Shown: positions 49,111 to 64,000, counted from the stretch's first letter. The stretch is DNA of 64,000 bases from Dimorphilus gyrociliatus (GCA_904063045.1 CAJFCJ010000002.1:310001-374000), one strand, 5' to 3'. Notes: generated by a model not told the origin, from the letters alone. Translations and numbers: made by a program.

Positions 49111-51397
49111 TTAACACTGTTCATTACAGGTATCAATATACTTTTCATTGCGAGTATCTAGCTTCTGCGTTAACGATAGTTCTATGTTTGCGTTGGCAGC
49201 ATTTATACCATTTCTATATTTGTAAGTTTTCTTGTATATGGTTGGTCCTGGGCCCCAATCTTTTTCAGGTCGAATTAGCTTTTTTATTCTCTGAAAAATA
49301 GAAGAAATTATTTATTTACTTTATATAAATTTATTTTAGCTTTATTTTGAGAAGGAATATAAAAGAGTTTTTGCTACAATGGTTGTAATTTTTGTCACGT
49401 CAAACCCAAGTTTCGTATATCCATCTTATAAATGGAAATATTGATGGATAACTATGTTTTTCCCTTTTTTCCCCTTATGGCTCAAGTTCATAAGGTTATT
49501 TAGTGTGACATTCAGGCACGTTAGTGGTTCGGAATTTGATTGGATCTTTACAAAATTCTGATCAAAGACAAGAATTTCTAAATTATATACAATTGGATTT
49601 AACGCATTTGTACAGAACCTAACGTAAATTTATGAATTTCTTTTTGCAATTGATCATCGCTATTTAATATATTTTATATTGAAATTTGATAAGAGAGCAG
49701 ACCTGCAATGGAGTTCCAGGGGTGATCAAAAATTTATAAATGGCAACAATTGGTATCGGTATAATGGAAACCATAGCAATACTCCATCCAAGCGATATAG
49801 CCCACTTAGGAAAGATGTATTTTCCGTACTTTGGAGGTGCATAATGAATAGCAGTAAATATTAAAATCCAGATCATTAGACTGGGAGTTATACAAAGCCA
49901 GCATATTTTCCACCAAATAGACGGCTTATAACCAATCATCATTTCTATTTCATCATATAATCTTCTAGCTTTATATATCCACGCTATAACGATACACTCT
50001 AGTAGTGCAATGACCATGACGCTGAAAGCAGCACAATACCAATCGAGGATCTGAAAGATGTACATACCACCTCTAGTGACCAATGGTAAACCGAAGAGAA
50101 ACTCGATGAGGCAAATAAAGGCTGTGAAAAACGTCTTCCGTTTTCCAAGCGTATGAGGAAACGAATCGGCGAAACCGGAGGCAAGTGTTTCCACTTGCCC
50201 AAATTGTGAATCGAGTCCGAGGGTCAGCAGCATAACGAAGAACATAACAGCCCAAGCCGGTGAAAAAGGTAATCGAGTTAAGGCTTCCGGATATGCAACG
50301 AATGCCAAACCAGGTCCTTCTGTAATTACTTTATCTACTGGAAGATTTGCTTCCTTCGCCATGAAACCAATAATCGAAAATATAACAAAACCCGCAAAAA
50401 AAGATGTACCGCAGTTGATAACAGGAACAATTAATGCATCATGATACATATTGTTCTTAAATTTGTTGTACGATGACATAGTTATTAAACCACCCCAAGC
50501 AGGTCCTAGAGAGTAGAATATTTGTAAACAGGCTTCACCCCAAACTTTCATAGATTTTAGCTTATGCCATTGTGGAGTAATGTAGAATCTAATTCCATCC
50601 CACGCTCCGTCCAGCAAAGTACCTCGAATCAACAGAATAAAAAGGAATATATATGGACAAATTGCCGTTACATAGACAACTTTACCAGACGATTTTACCC
50701 CTTTAAACAAGCAGAGGAATATTATAACCCAAGCGATTATTAAGCATATCAAAAGATGTGTGTTAAATCCGCCCAAATTTCCTATACCGTCTGTCATATT
50801 TAATACTTTTCTTTCAAAAAACTCTTGAGAGGGTGTCTTATGAGTAATATTCAGCCCGCTTGAATTGGTCACTAGTGAACTATTAGAGGAGTTGTGTGTT
50901 CTAACTAAGCAATACGGTGTATTCCACTCATTACCACATGACGCCCATGGCAAAGGATTACTAAATGAACTATATAGGTAGTAGAGTACCCAGGATATGA
51001 TCAGATTGTAGTAAATAGACAAAATGCCACTTACTAATACCATACCCCAGCCGAGCCCACGAAAAAGAGGGGATATTTTCCACACCTCTAATGGTGATAG
51101 GCAGGAAAACTGCCCAAGGGATAATTCCATAAAAAATAGAGGAACTCCACATAAAAATAGGAAACCAAAATAAGGGATAAGAAAGGCTCCTCCTCCATTT
51201 CTCATACACAAATAGGGAAATCGCCACAAATTTCCAAGCCCTACGGCGTAACCGACACAAGAAAGCATAAAATCGAGTTGTCTTGTCCAATTGCCTCTTG
51301 TTTCCGCACTACCCTCCTCCATAGGTGGTTCATCAATTTCTTGTTCCTTCGCAAGTTGGTCCGCATCGCCGTCCTGCTCTACTCGTTCAGGCGACGC
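49111..51397 (-). CDS. SLC6A9/SLC6A5-like: SLC6 Na+/Cl- dependent amino-acid transporter, glycine-transporter-like; large exon 51397-49703 plus last exon to 49111; 5' exon not located
   Basis: GYAVGLGNLWRFPY (Gly, the amino-acid class); QIFYSLGPAWGGLITMSSYN with the GlyT-type Trp; GPGLAFVAYPEA; last exon RIKKLIRPEKDWGP. Confidence 0.88.
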
Positions 51398-53946
51398 CTG
51401 TTTGAAAATTGAAAAAATAGATACAAAAAAATAGAAATACAAAGCAACTTGCAAAGTATCTTTTATAAATATTTCCATTCAATAAGGTATTGAAATATAT
51501 ATTTATGAAATAAAGAATGAATAACGCTTTATTTTCTTTATAAGTTTTCTTTAAATTCTTTGTTGCTTTTTTTCGAATGACAGTTCTGTATACTACATAT
51601 TTTTAAAAAGTAGAAGAAATTTAGAAAATTTGTTGGCAAAAGTTCACAAAGCCATTGAACTATGTCAATTGATTAACAAAATATCAGAATAATAATCATT
51701 TAATTAAAAACAAAATGAGAAAAATTAGAGAGACAGTGGAATTTATAGAAAAATGAATGGTAGTTATAATAATATATGAGCCATTCCTACAGTAAATTGT
51801 CAATATCCTGTTTTCAAAATCATCTCATGCTAAGCGCAGCAAGAAACCGTTGTCTGTGAGCTTTTTTTTCCACTGGCTAGGAGCCAATCGTAATTCCTAT
51901 ACCATATTATAAACAGATGTGTCCTATTCGAAAATAGATCCGAATAAAGGCACGGACCATAAAGAAAACACGCGCGTTAACGAAGCTACTTGGATTTGTA
52001 ATCGAAGTGCAAATTTTGCCCGCCAGCAATCAAAATCTTTCATTAGAATGCTATAGACATTTAAGTTAATAACCTTTGAAGGATATAGGGATCCCTTTCC
52101 TCTCTTAACAGTATTTTTTCCTATCATTAATTCATATCACCTTTATTTTTACATTAAAGAAAATCGGTAGGACATTAGTATAAAATCAATAGTGATTAAT
52201 CTTCCTAGCTGTTAAAATATTTCAACTAACAGTCATAAATCAAAAGAGTCAAAAGAGAGAAGTAACCAGGTGATATGATATACATTTATATATATATATA
52301 TATATATAGTTATAAATACGAACCTTAAAAAATTTCATCTTAAAATTCTTTGAAAGATTCCGTTTTCAGTCAGTTATTTCCGTCCCTATTAAAAAAAAAC
52401 AACACAAACGATTCTTATTAACAATGTGTTATCTGCTAAAAAAGAGTATCTATTAGTTTGGAGATGTGATTGTTACAATATGATAAATTTCCAAAGTTAC
52501 ATTATTTATAGTTTATTTTATTTGTTTATTTGTAATGTCTTTTATTATGTACATGCTTAGTGAAATTTTTCAAACACATTTATATACAGGTATGGGTATC
52601 GCAAATTGATTGGCACATTTTGAGGAGATCTGAGCTTAATATCGGTTCGATAGTATTAATAGACATCGTAAATCCAATTAATCTATTACAATTTTTAATG
52701 GTTTAGTCACTCAGGATAGTTTTTATTGTTGCTTTCCCATCTTTAAATGTTTATATATCAACAATTCTAGATAATTTTGATAAGAATATTCAAATTACTT
52801 ATTCTATCAACAATCAACATAGTAAAGAGCCTATCTTTCAAGTATTTAAAAATCAGATATAAATACATATATCTATATCTAAATACATCAAAGATTATAA
52901 AAAAAATGAAAAATAAAAGTTTAAAATAGAATATATTTTCTTTTTTCCTCTCAGTGAAATATCATAATCAATGAATTGATCATTCTTTCTTTGTTTTAAA
53001 CTTATCCGCTTTGATTTGTTCAACGATAATTATAAAGCGATTGTATTAACAATGCGCTTTTATTCGTTATATTACAATTTAAGTTTAAAGTAACATAGTA
53101 GTTTTATGGACATAACAAAGGTAAAATCGATCTCTTTATTCGATTATTTTATAGAAAGAGCTCTGATCTTATAGCGGTATATATTTATATCAATAGTTAT
53201 CTATTGAAAGACGTTGAAGTATTGATTGTCTTTGATTGATAAGCTAAAAATTATTTCCTGTGAAGACGCTTAAATTCCAAGCTGAGCATGCTTCTGTAAC
53301 GATCAATAAAATCAGGTGACGGTTAAGGCGTCGAAAGAAGAATGGTCTTATGGAATAATCAATAAACCTGCCGTCTATTGTTGATGAGCAGTTTCGGTGT
53401 GGAGCACCGTAAAGCAATCAATTTTGAGATGCTTTCAACTTGACAAGCGTAAAATTGCAATAGAATGCAACAAATATATACATAAATTTCAACAAGCAAC
53501 ACAACTCTATTGAAATGAAATTTTGCATAGTAAGTTCTTCGACCATATGGCTAAAATTGGAAATGAAAGTACATGACGCATACGGGTTTAGTAAATTTAA
53601 TCAATAAAATTTTATAATAAAAGCACGAACAGTAAAGAAATCACAACGCCAATTAATAGGGGCGATAATTAAATAGAGATGATTATACGTACAGTGACTT
53701 GAAAGATCAAAATTCTTGTTGACAATATTCGGGTGATGCTTTGCTAGTTCGCCTAAACACTCCGTACTTCGATTTACTTTTTTGATCTAACAAGCAACCG
53801 ATTCGTTTCTCTATTTGAATTAAAATAATCGGATTTTTCCAAACGTGTGTGCCTGCGAAATTTATTATTTAAGACGATAGATGATTGGTTTATTTCGTTA
53901 TTATTCTTGACCAATCATAGACAAGTTTAGAAGTCTGTTTTCGCGC

Positions 53947-53969
53947 AAGCCTTAGCAACTACGCGTAGT
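53947..53969 (+). promoter_or_regulatory. RFX X-box-like half site (AAGCCTTAGCAAC) overlapping a 12-bp palindrome ACTACGCGTAGT
   Basis: About 260 bp upstream of a ciliary gene; the match to GTTGCCNNRGCAAC is imperfect. Confidence 0.3.
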
Positions 53970-54222
53970 GATATATTATTAGTTGGTCATCCTGAAAGAA
54001 ATTTAATTCTAATTTTTTAAATTTTAAGGTAAATGAATTTTTAATAATGCGATTATAGCAAGGTTTTATAAATAAAATTTTACATATATTCTATTATTGT
54101 CAATGTTATTGTGGGACTATTTACTTTTGAATAGTTTACATGAAAGCAGTTACTCGGTTTGCTTAGTTACACATTTTGTTTTGAATAGTTTTCTAAGGGA
54201 AAATTTAGCGAAATCTGCAAAT

Positions 54223-55398
54223 ATGTCTCGTTCAGCGGGTACACTAATTACTACAAACCAGGCGACTTATATTCCACCTAGATTTATGCCTGGGTAAGTA
54301 TCGAAAATTAGTTTAATTTCGGAAATTAGGAATAGTAAATTAGGTCCAACTTTACAGATATCACGGGCATGTTCCCACATTAAAGTTTAGCTATGCACAG
54401 ACGTACGGAAATGCGACTGCCCAATACATGCAGGTTTTTACTTAAATTTGAATTAGAAATAACAATTCGTAATGTTGTTTTTAAATGTCAAAAGGACTAT
54501 AGGAGTAAAACTCTAGAGGAGAGTAAGAACCAGTATTGGGCTGGGGGCTACTTTCCGACAATTTACTCTCATAAGCCAGACCTTGTAATTGGGAATAGGA
54601 CTCGATCACGTGACCGCTGGTTAACCGAACCGAGATATAGGTTGAATGTACGAGATCACGACAGACAAGAAAATCTAATACATCTTGATAAGGTTTTCTT
54701 TTGTAATATAATAAAAATATTAAATTTCTAAAAAAATAATAGGAGGATAATAGTATTATTTGCATCTTTTTCTCTTTTTTTAGCTTGCATCTGCCAAGCG
54801 CGACCACTATTTGGATAAAAGTGGCACTGTACCAAAAGTTGAATATTTTCAAATACCAGTGCCAGCAGAACAACAATTTAGAAGACATGTACCTTAGTAA
54901 GTGGTAAAAAGACATTGTGCACATATACCAATGTATATATTCTAGCTTGAATAAACATATTGAATAATTACATATTACCATGTTGCTTTTAAATTGTCAC
55001 GTAATACAACAATGTTAACTGCATGGTTTCTAACAAACAATCACAGCGTGTGTGTTGCATTGGAATTCTTTTTTTTTTTACATACTCAAGGTGAGGGTAC
55101 ATATATAAGTATATATATATATCTTTTTTTTAACTCTAGCCATGAACTCTATCAATCAAATAACGTTTCAATTTATTTTTTTGTATTCGATTTCTACAGC
55201 ATTGTTAGGGGAGAACGCTACTCTTCTCAAATTGTGGTCGATAACCCTGATCATCTAGCTAGAAGGACCCCTATTCCATCTAATAAAGCAGAGGCAGTTT
55301 TACCAAAGAAAGAAGAACGGGCAATTCGAGATGTCCATTTTGAAAATCGAGGTAAACGAGGAGCAGAAAATGATACTGCAGAAGATAAAATGAAATAA
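54223..55398 (+). CDS. CIMIP2C: Ciliary microtubule inner protein 2C (FAM166C / C2orf70), 5 exons
   Basis: MSRSAGTLIT...YIPPRFMPG|YHGHVPT, GGYFPTIYS, RDRWLTEPRY, DKSGTVPKVEYF, RDVHFENR. Confidence 0.88.
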
Positions 55399-56671
55399 TT
55401 CCGATAGAATCTATATAAAAAATGCCTGTATATTTGGTATTCTTTACGTATAAACATTCCCACCTACAGTATTGGATTTTTGTGATAAAAGTTCACAAGT
55501 GAATGAATGCATACAATTTTTTTTTACTTATATTATTATTCTATTTGATTTAATCTTTAATTTTTTATTTTAATAATAAAATTAAGCCTCTTTTTTTTAC
55601 ATCTAATAAAGAGATAAACGTATAAATTGTATATATATATATATATATATATATCACTACAGCGTAACATGGGAGAAGTTAAACTTCTTTCCTTTCTTTT
55701 TTATTAGGCCAACAGTAAAATCTGTAAGCATATTTTTCTAATATCGTTTTCTGTTACCCAGCTTTCTTCTGCTTATCGACGAACAATTTATCTAGAAATT
55801 TTCCTAGATAAAGTATACTTGCCAGATGAACTCGTTATAAAATAAACAATTGTTAAAAATGTTTTTTACAATTGTTTCTATAACTAATTCTGTTGAGATC
55901 AGAGACTACGTAGATAATCTTTTAACAATATGACAAAAAATATTGTAAATATCATAAAAAGCTTAGCTCGCGTTTAAAAAAAACCGAGTACTTATTCATC
56001 GAATAAGTCTACTATAAAACAAGAGGTCACATTGTTCATTAATCTAAATTGTAGGTTGTAGATAAATTTCGCATCCTATATTGGCTTTAATATACACTAT
56101 TAGATTTAATATTTCTGTTCCCTGTCTTTCTCTCTCTCTCTCTCTATACAGTATATATAGTGTACACACTATATTTTAATGATATAGAATTACAGTAAGC
56201 CATAAGTTTAAACATCTCTTGCATAGTTTATTTTCAAATATTCATTAATTTTATAATATTGTAAACTCAACTGAATAAGTTGTACGTTAAAAGTTCTATA
56301 AAAAAGGGTTTATTAATTAAATTTTTACATTTTTATATCTTTAATCAGTTTCTGTTATTGTTAAAGCACGTATCAGATATATTGTACGGTATATCTTATT
56401 GAATATATTTAAACAATCCATTTAACTCTACAATGCCTGCCTATTTTATTTTGCTTAATTCAAATATTTATAAGTAAATCTTTAATACATGCGTTTTACG
56501 ATCATGCATACAAGAACGTCTAGAATAAATTTGGGTATTTATTGTAGGCGAACATTTAAAGCAGTTACTAAAAGTTCAAAAGATAAACGCAGACGCAGTA
56601 AAATTTCATTTTCTTGTAATTCTTCCATCTATTCAATAATACTCCATTTCATGGGAAAATATATATTAATT

Positions 56672-56804
56672 TTAGGTTAATTCAGGTGTTTTAACGGTTT
56701 GAGTTCGTCTTCTCGAGAGTTTTGATCTGAAATCGTGTCAAAAGATTTTAAAAATATATAATATATAATAAAATTTTATATATATATATAAATTTATATA
56801 TATG

Positions 56805-56849
<45 letters not shown>

Positions 56850-59800
56850 TGTTTTTTGTTGATGCTCTCTGAAGCTGACCTTATCTGACCGGCCAAGAGT
56901 GGATTGATAGCATATAACCAATCGTAAAAATCTTTATCAGAGAGAGTTTGGAAAAGAAAGCCTTTTTGAGGTGTTATTATAGAAAAGGTGTTTTGAACTC
57001 TCAATAACGCTTGGCTTTCTTCACTATATTCGACGTGAGCAGTTGCCAAATTGATTAAACTCCTTTCAATAGGATCTTTTTCAGCGTTGTGAATAAAAAC
57101 ATACGGCCGTCGAACAACCTGTTTTCGCAAAGATTTTTAGTTTAGTTAAAAAAAAAAGAAAATATTTTCTTTTCAAGCACGTACCACCCATTTCTTTTGC
57201 CATCCGTAAGCTTTTTCATGTAGAATATTGGCCCAACCCTTTCTTGCAACAATATTCGATATTCGAACCTCATCTATTTCGGCGACGTATGAATTCTGAC
57301 CTCCAATAAATGAGGGAGGTGAAACTAGCCGTTCTTCAGGGGAATTTAAATTTTCGCTCGATAACGATTTAGCTTTTGTTCCCATACTTAAAGATCTGAA
57401 AAAGTCATTCGTAATGTATACCTTTTTTGGGTTAAGAAGCCAACAACAATAACATATCAAAACGAAAAAAAAATAAATCCTAAAATATCAATAGGAAAGT
57501 GTGAAAGGATAAATTGGTGAGTGTTTATTTATTTATTTACTTATTTACTTATTACAAACAAATTTTGGAATATGAGAGACACGGGGAAGATTAAATGGGA
57601 AAAGCGCTGTACAGTATGCTTTTTGATTAAAATATACAAATAAAATTGTCAATTTTACATTGATAAATCTTATTTGAAGATGGCACCACTATAAAATGAA
57701 AAATCAAGAAATTTTGTCTTTTAATAACTTTAACACTTAGCCCATTAGAATCTTAATTAAAATATACATTTTTTCCATTCGCCATATACAGTGTCTCTCA
57801 CCTCATATTTCTAACATCAGGTGCAGAAGAAGATCGCGGTAAGCCGGATGGAACACTCAAATAAGGTCTGTGAGTGCAGTGTAGCGAAAAACTTCTATGA
57901 AAATAATAAGCAAATGATATGCAACTATGCGCTAAACTTACTCATTGTTCCCATAGTCTCCGTCTTCTGATATATTCGTTTTATATGGGTTTGCAATTGG
58001 GCATTTTTGCATCAATTTCAAATACCTAGTAATTAATTCTTTCTCTTGGGCTAAAGTGGTATTAAGATTATCTGCGCTTTCTGTTTTAGATATTCGGCAC
58101 TCTTCTGCGAAATACTGAGTGTCTAACGTTGCTATCCCATTCTCCATAATCTTAAATTCACTTAGTCCGCTATTCTTAATGATTTCTTTAAAAAGTAATA
58201 AATGTTTGTTCTTTTCAACAAATTCTAATTTTTCTAATTTTTCTAGGCAATTTTGATGTTCGAATATAAGTGAATCGGATCTTGGACGCCAACCCCCTAA
58301 ATTTTCTTCGCCTCTGACATACATTGATGACGTATCAAAGATTTTTCTCTGGGAATCTAGATTACGAAATAGAAAACAGTATTTTACAAACACAATTCTC
58401 TCCTCTAAACGTTCAAATAACCTTCAGAGTCTGTAAATTTTTTCAAGGCCATTTCGTACACTCCCGTTACCCTGTTGGAATCACGTTTCCCAAATCCACT
58501 GCCACTAAACAACATTCTCAGGGATCTAAAGTACAAAAGATAATTATTTAAGTTTAATGATTATAGAGAAAAGAGAAAGGAAAATTATAACATACAGTAT
58601 CTATAGTATAAAATAATATACATATAGAATATATATTTATATCCCTGTATTTACTGTTTTGAGGTGTATAAAGAGTACACATACGAACCTTGACGTACTT
58701 GTTGTCAAGTCCCTAGAACAAATGATCATACACAAGTCTTTTGTTATGCAAACAGGCTGAGCGCAATTTTCTAATCCATAATAAGCAGATATTGTAACAT
58801 AAACTTTTTCTCCATGTGGAGTAATGCGATTAAGAAGTGGAGAATCGTGTAAAGAGCTATCCCAAGCAGCTTCGAATCTAAAGAGCATAGTATTATCGCC
58901 GGATTTTTGTATATAACGAGCGGGTAGAAGTGAAAGGGAAAGAATAGTTGATTCACAGTCATTTTCAGTCCATTCGGGTGTGTTTCTTATTCTTCCGACA
59001 ACTAATTCGTGTACTTCCCTCCATACGATTTCATTTCCGGGATCATGATGTACAGTAATCGCGATTCTCCTCTGCAAGCCTTGCCTTAAGAGATAAACCC
59101 CACTTCCGGGAGCAGCTCCATGATGATCGACATGAACAGGAATGTACTCTCCGTTATTAGCAAGCTCTTCTATTTCGAACCACACGAGCAAATCCAATTT
59201 TTGGCATATGTCTCCAGCTCTGTTCAAGAATAATTAATTGTACAAGAAAGGAAATTTCTTGCGGTACGCTCGTATTTACAGAGAACGTCTACTTCTAAAC
59301 ATTTCATTAGGATTTAGTAGGAGACTTTTTAGTTCAAGAAGAACGAAGTACGATTGGAGATAATCCTCGTTTCTATAGTACGACGATTCAAAAAAAAAGT
59401 GATTGTCATGGGAAAAGAGACGTTTAGGTGAATGGTGCAAAGATAAAAGACTTTCATGCAAAAAATACGTTATCAAGAAGCGGATTTGTTTCGTTTATAT
59501 AAACTTACTGCAATGGACTTAAATAACCGAGTTTTGGGGATGGAACTGGCTTCGAGCTATTGGTGGACGGTAAATGAACTTCAACTTCCAAATTTCTTTA
59601 AAAAGAGAAAAGTTAATTTTATGATTAACTATAATGATTAATTCAACTGTTTTTGTTATGATTAACCTCGGAATTGACGCTTCTTGTACTGTATTCTTTT
59701 CATTGTGGCCAAATATTTCAAATGCAATTGGTTGACTTTTGACATAATTGATAAAAGCCTTTGTCACAGTAACGGAAAACTGAAAAAAAAAATGATTTTT

Positions 59801-62800
59801 AAAACATTAATTTAATATTTAAACTAATACAAAAAATATTTTCACTAATAATATAAACATTAGTTACATTTTGAGCATGTTCGAAAGTTATTCTTCCTGT
59901 TTGTGACCTCTGCACTGGTTCGGTTGAGAAAGCTTCGTTTTTTCTATTAAGAAATCTGTAAGAATGAATGAAATATTCATTTAACTTTTTATATTATTCA
60001 TTCATTTGCACGCAGTTATGATAAAATAAATGAAATATTTGAATGTTCAATTGCAATCTTCATCAAGCTTGTTAATACATCATCTGTTCCTCAAAATGTG
60101 AAGTTTTTGTTTATGAATTAGTCATTGTAATTTATTCAAATGACGAAATGAATATTAATAGGAAAAAGTAGTCCATCGTAAAAAGCGCTTAGTTGTCTTA
60201 TTGTTAAAAAGTAAAAGTTTTTAAAGATGCTGTTAAATAGATAGCACATTCGTATCTTTCTTTTGACAGAACTATAAATATTCAAAAGTTCAAGAATCTA
60301 TTTTTTTGTGTTCATCATATCAAGAGACGATTATTGATAAGGAACAAGATAAGGCAAGAAAAGTAAAGGTTATTTTTATCATAGTGAGAGATAAAAAAGA
60401 GGATATAAGCTTTTTTGGTATGAAGGCATAACAAGAGAAATAATTAAGGTTGAATGCAACAATCAAACATAACTTACAAAAAAATCGAATTTCGATGAAA
60501 CTATAAACAACATCAGCAGTGCTTGAAATTGAATCAATGATTGCTGTGGAGCTGGAAACAAACATGCTACATAAATATAAATAATAAAAAAGAAATAGCA
60601 ATAATGTCAAGATTCACTTGATGTTTTTGCTGCTTTGAAATTGAAATATGTATACTAAAAAAAAAATCTTATAGAATTTTTACAACATTAAAAAGAATTA
60701 ATAAAATAGATAACAATTATAAAAAGAGTATGTATGATAAACAAGGTATTTTGTAGTAAATCTAAAAAATGAAATGACAATAAGATAAAGCAAACTCTTA
60801 CCTGAATTCACAGAATACATCATTAAATTGGTCGGAAGAACAAGTAATTTCTTTCACGCTAATTTTAAACTTGAGTAAACTTCCAATTTCAACCGTGGCA
60901 ATATTATTCTCATTTTCAGTACTTGTACTAGCAACTTTTTGGAAATATTCATCATTATCTTCGAATGTTACTTTGGCTACCCCTGATTGCATGGAATTAC
61001 TTGGAGTATCGTCGTTAACGATCTCAACAGATATTAACATGTAGCCGTTCACTTTTCCTAATTCATCAATGATGGCAAGACTTTGTGTAAGCGATAGTGG
61101 ATATGAAAGATTTGTTAAATAAAGAAATGATCTACCAATAAGAGTAAACCAGGGAAAACGATCATAAAACGGATCATCTCTTATACTTTCTGAATCCTCA
61201 AGGAGATTTCCATCAGAAAAGCTATCATACATATCTTTCATAATTTCTAACCTATGACATAATTTAGGTAGACTCCAGAGATGAGTTGCTCCGTTTTTCT
61301 TATCGTTTACAGAAACGGCTACAATGGTTTTAACTCTTTTATCGTCTATGTCATTAGGAACAGGTGAATACAGGGTATCAGTCATTAAACGAAATTGAAA
61401 TTCTACATTTTTTCTTAATTCTACAGAAATGGCATTGGCTTCCTTCAAGTAAACAGCATTACTCCAGAGACTATCTCTTAAGGAGGTAAACTGGTACGAT
61501 TTCCACTTTGAAAATGCCCAACTTGCCAATTGAAATTCTCTTTCAGTCCAATTACATTCTTCGAATGTATCTTCGTCTTCATCCTGGACAATAGACGAAA
61601 ACATAGAAGAGACCATTGATTGTCTTTCCATTTGTTCTTGTAATTCGACAATTTTTGTTTCGTAATGCTTCCTTTGCCTTTCCAATTCAAGATCATTTTT
61701 TTCTCTGGCTTTCTTAAATTCATCTTCCAGCTCTTTCAAACGAGCTTCCATTTCACATTTTAAATCTACACCTTGTTTTTCTAATAATTCATTTTGCGCA
61801 AATGACCAGTCTACAGGCATATCAGATGACGGTGTTTCTCTCTCACGTCTAGCTTCAGAAGGACTATTAAATCGAAAAACGTGATTCTTTCCTAGAATAA
61901 CGCGGCTACCAGTTTTCAAAGTAACCTCTTCCGTTACTTCTCTACCATTTATATAAATTAAAGCTCCTACAGCCGGAACAAGAGTAACGCCTGATTCATT
62001 ATTATTAAAAAAGGAACAATGATAATCCAAAATGTGATTTCCGCTCAGCTGAATTCCATTCGAAATACTGGGTCTGCCTACTTTCGTCTCCCCTACTTTT
62101 AAATAATACAAAAGGCATTCAGACATAAAGGGGTCCTCATTTAAATTAACTAAGTGAGGTGTCTTTTTTGGAGAGAAAACGCCTACAGTTTCTCCACTTT
62201 GAACAGATGCTAAACCCATCTCTGATAGTACAGCTTCTCTTTCTTTCTTTATTGTATCAGCTTTTTGTAACTTCTCTTCCCAAGTTTCGTTTAATTCAGC
62301 CATTAATTTTTCAGACATTTGCAATCGTTCTATGGCATCTTCACCATTATCAACCGTCACAGACGCTGTACGCCCCTTCGTCGTTGTTGGTAGGCCTGTG
62401 ACTGAAAAAGAATGGGAAAATAGATTTACGTGACATGGGGATTTATTTTAAGGAAATTGTAAGCCTACCACGGTCAACTTGTATTCCTTCAGCTTTCAAT
62501 AAATCTTTTAGCCTTTGAACCTCCTCTTTCAGTTCGCGAATTAATTTTGCATTAGGATCTTCATTAACTACCGCCTTGCACACAATTTGCTTCGCCCTAT
62601 CAGCATAGCGCAGAGTAGAGAGAGTTTCGTCAAAATTTATATCCGCTGGGGATATGGCAGCGATCATTGCTGTTTTCGAATTTCCTCCAAGATTTTCTCG
62701 TAGCAGCCAAGTTAGAACAGAATCTCTATATGGAATATAATCACCTTTCCTTTTCTTTTTTTGACCAGAAGATAGCTCAGCAAGTGCTGATATTACTTTG

Positions 62801-63882
62801 CCCAAAGTTGTCAGACTCTTATTGATATTTGCTCCCTCTTTTAACCTAGTGCCTTGAGCACCCGTGCTCTCGGCTCTCTCAGAACCGGCTAGATCAACTA
62901 AACTAATTTTACTAACTTTTTCACCAGTCATACCCGACTGCTGATCGTATCTTGATTGTGTTAGAATGAGGGTGAAAACAGCATGCGAGCGAGAACTAGT
63001 CTCATTCATATTCGTTGCAGCAACAGTTCTTGACTTGTTTCCTTCATCGATTAAATTATTTACATCTCCAAAGGATGTCACGACAATCTTTGACAAATCT
63101 TCAACATATGGACCCAACAATGGATGCTCTCTAACACGTAGATTTTGCTTGTTCTTTGGATTTAATAAGTCTCTCACTCTTTCGCAATATATTTCCATAT
63201 AGCTAACTTCCACATTATATTTGACATCCTTGTCACTTTCAGACGTTAACCTCATAAAAAGATCCTCGCACAGTTGAGGTATTATTCCCTTTTCCCCTTC
63301 CTTATCTTTGCCCATCATTGTATAACTTTTGCCTATAGGGTATTTAAGTATATGTGTATATATAGATATAGATATAGACATATTTGTAATATTTGACAGC
63401 TTTTAAAAAGTCATTATCTCTTACCAGCTCCTGTTTGCCCATAGGCAAATATGCAAACGTTGTAACCCTCAAAAGCGTGTTGCAGCATTTCAACACCAAT
63501 ATCTTCGTAGACACGTTTTTGCGTTGAAAAGTTTGGGTCATTCGCCTAAAAAAAAAACAACGTAAATGTGAGTGGGCGGCTTAAACAATTCGCTCGTTAG
63601 AAAGAAAAAAAAACGCTTACACATCCATGTGACCAATAGGAATAATCAAATGTAAATGTTTTTGTTCCTTCATGTCCAATACGCAAATCTTCTATAGCTA
63701 TTATCAAAAACAGATACAATGAATTAAGAACAACTCTTTAATGATATATTATCTTAATAATAAATCAAAGTCATTAGTTTACCTGTAATCTTATCTTGCA
63801 TTTGTATGATACATCGGCTCTTCTTTAGAAGCTCTCGACTGTTAAAAGGGCGAACCCTCACCGCTACTTTGACAGATGACAT
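56672..63882 (-). CDS. KIF1A: Kinesin-3 motor KIF1A/unc-104 (motor, FHA, stalk, C-terminal PH), multi-exon
   Basis: [22 protein letters not shown]|[24 protein letters not shown] ([10 protein letters not shown]), [14 protein letters not shown] (KKWVVR...[15 protein letters not shown]); stop at 56672-56674. Confidence 0.96.
56755..56843. repeat. Compound (TA)n tract in the last KIF1A intron
   Basis: Several TA runs, read directly; smaller (TA)n tracts near 52270 and 55632. Confidence 0.9.
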
Positions 63883-64000
63883 GACACAACGTGCTCTGGA
63901 AATTTTATTGAAGATAAAAAGAAAATAATGATAAATTGTGAATAATAAAGAGTCTTAAAATATTTATCATAATATAATATTAATGTACATTTTAAATAAT

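Noticed and set aside
54481-54981. 166-aa minus-strand ORF
   Set aside because: Antisense to CIMIP2C exons and introns; no recognisable features.
60320-60610. 96-aa hydrophobic ORF in the long KIF1A intron (nested gene or alternative exon)
   Set aside because: Non-ATG start, T-rich intron-like composition, and I found no frame-preserving donor.

Overview
AT-rich (roughly 30% GC), gene-dense eukaryotic window with short GT-AG introns, mostly about 45-100 nt. It looks like a compact invertebrate genome; a spiralian/annelid source is my inference from the gene content and intron size. By manual splicing I reconstruct about 23 protein-coding genes. Confident orthology calls: SLC5A7-like choline transporter (runs off the left edge), PPP1R8/NIPP1, TMEM14, TBC1D2-like RabGAP, BTBD19, GPBP1/vasculin, SLC30A7, MED26, a GlyT-type SLC6, FAM166C/CIMIP2C and KIF1A/unc-104. 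The most interesting items are: (1) a single-exon KCNE/MinK-like type III membrane protein; (2) an intronless 3227-aa secreted protein built from three capped LRR modules joined by mucin-like linkers; (3) a NIT-domain guanylyl cyclase; (4) an intron-containing DUF1761-like gene bracketed by two near-identical 26-bp ETS+CTCF/YY1-like elements; (5) an FMN hydroxyacid oxidase with a remodelled active site and no PTS1; and (6) two PAN/apple secreted proteins with unusual architectures. I saw no tRNA, rRNA, CRISPR array or transposase. Exon coordinates are hand-derived and may be off by a few bases. All homology calls are from recalled family motifs, not database searches.
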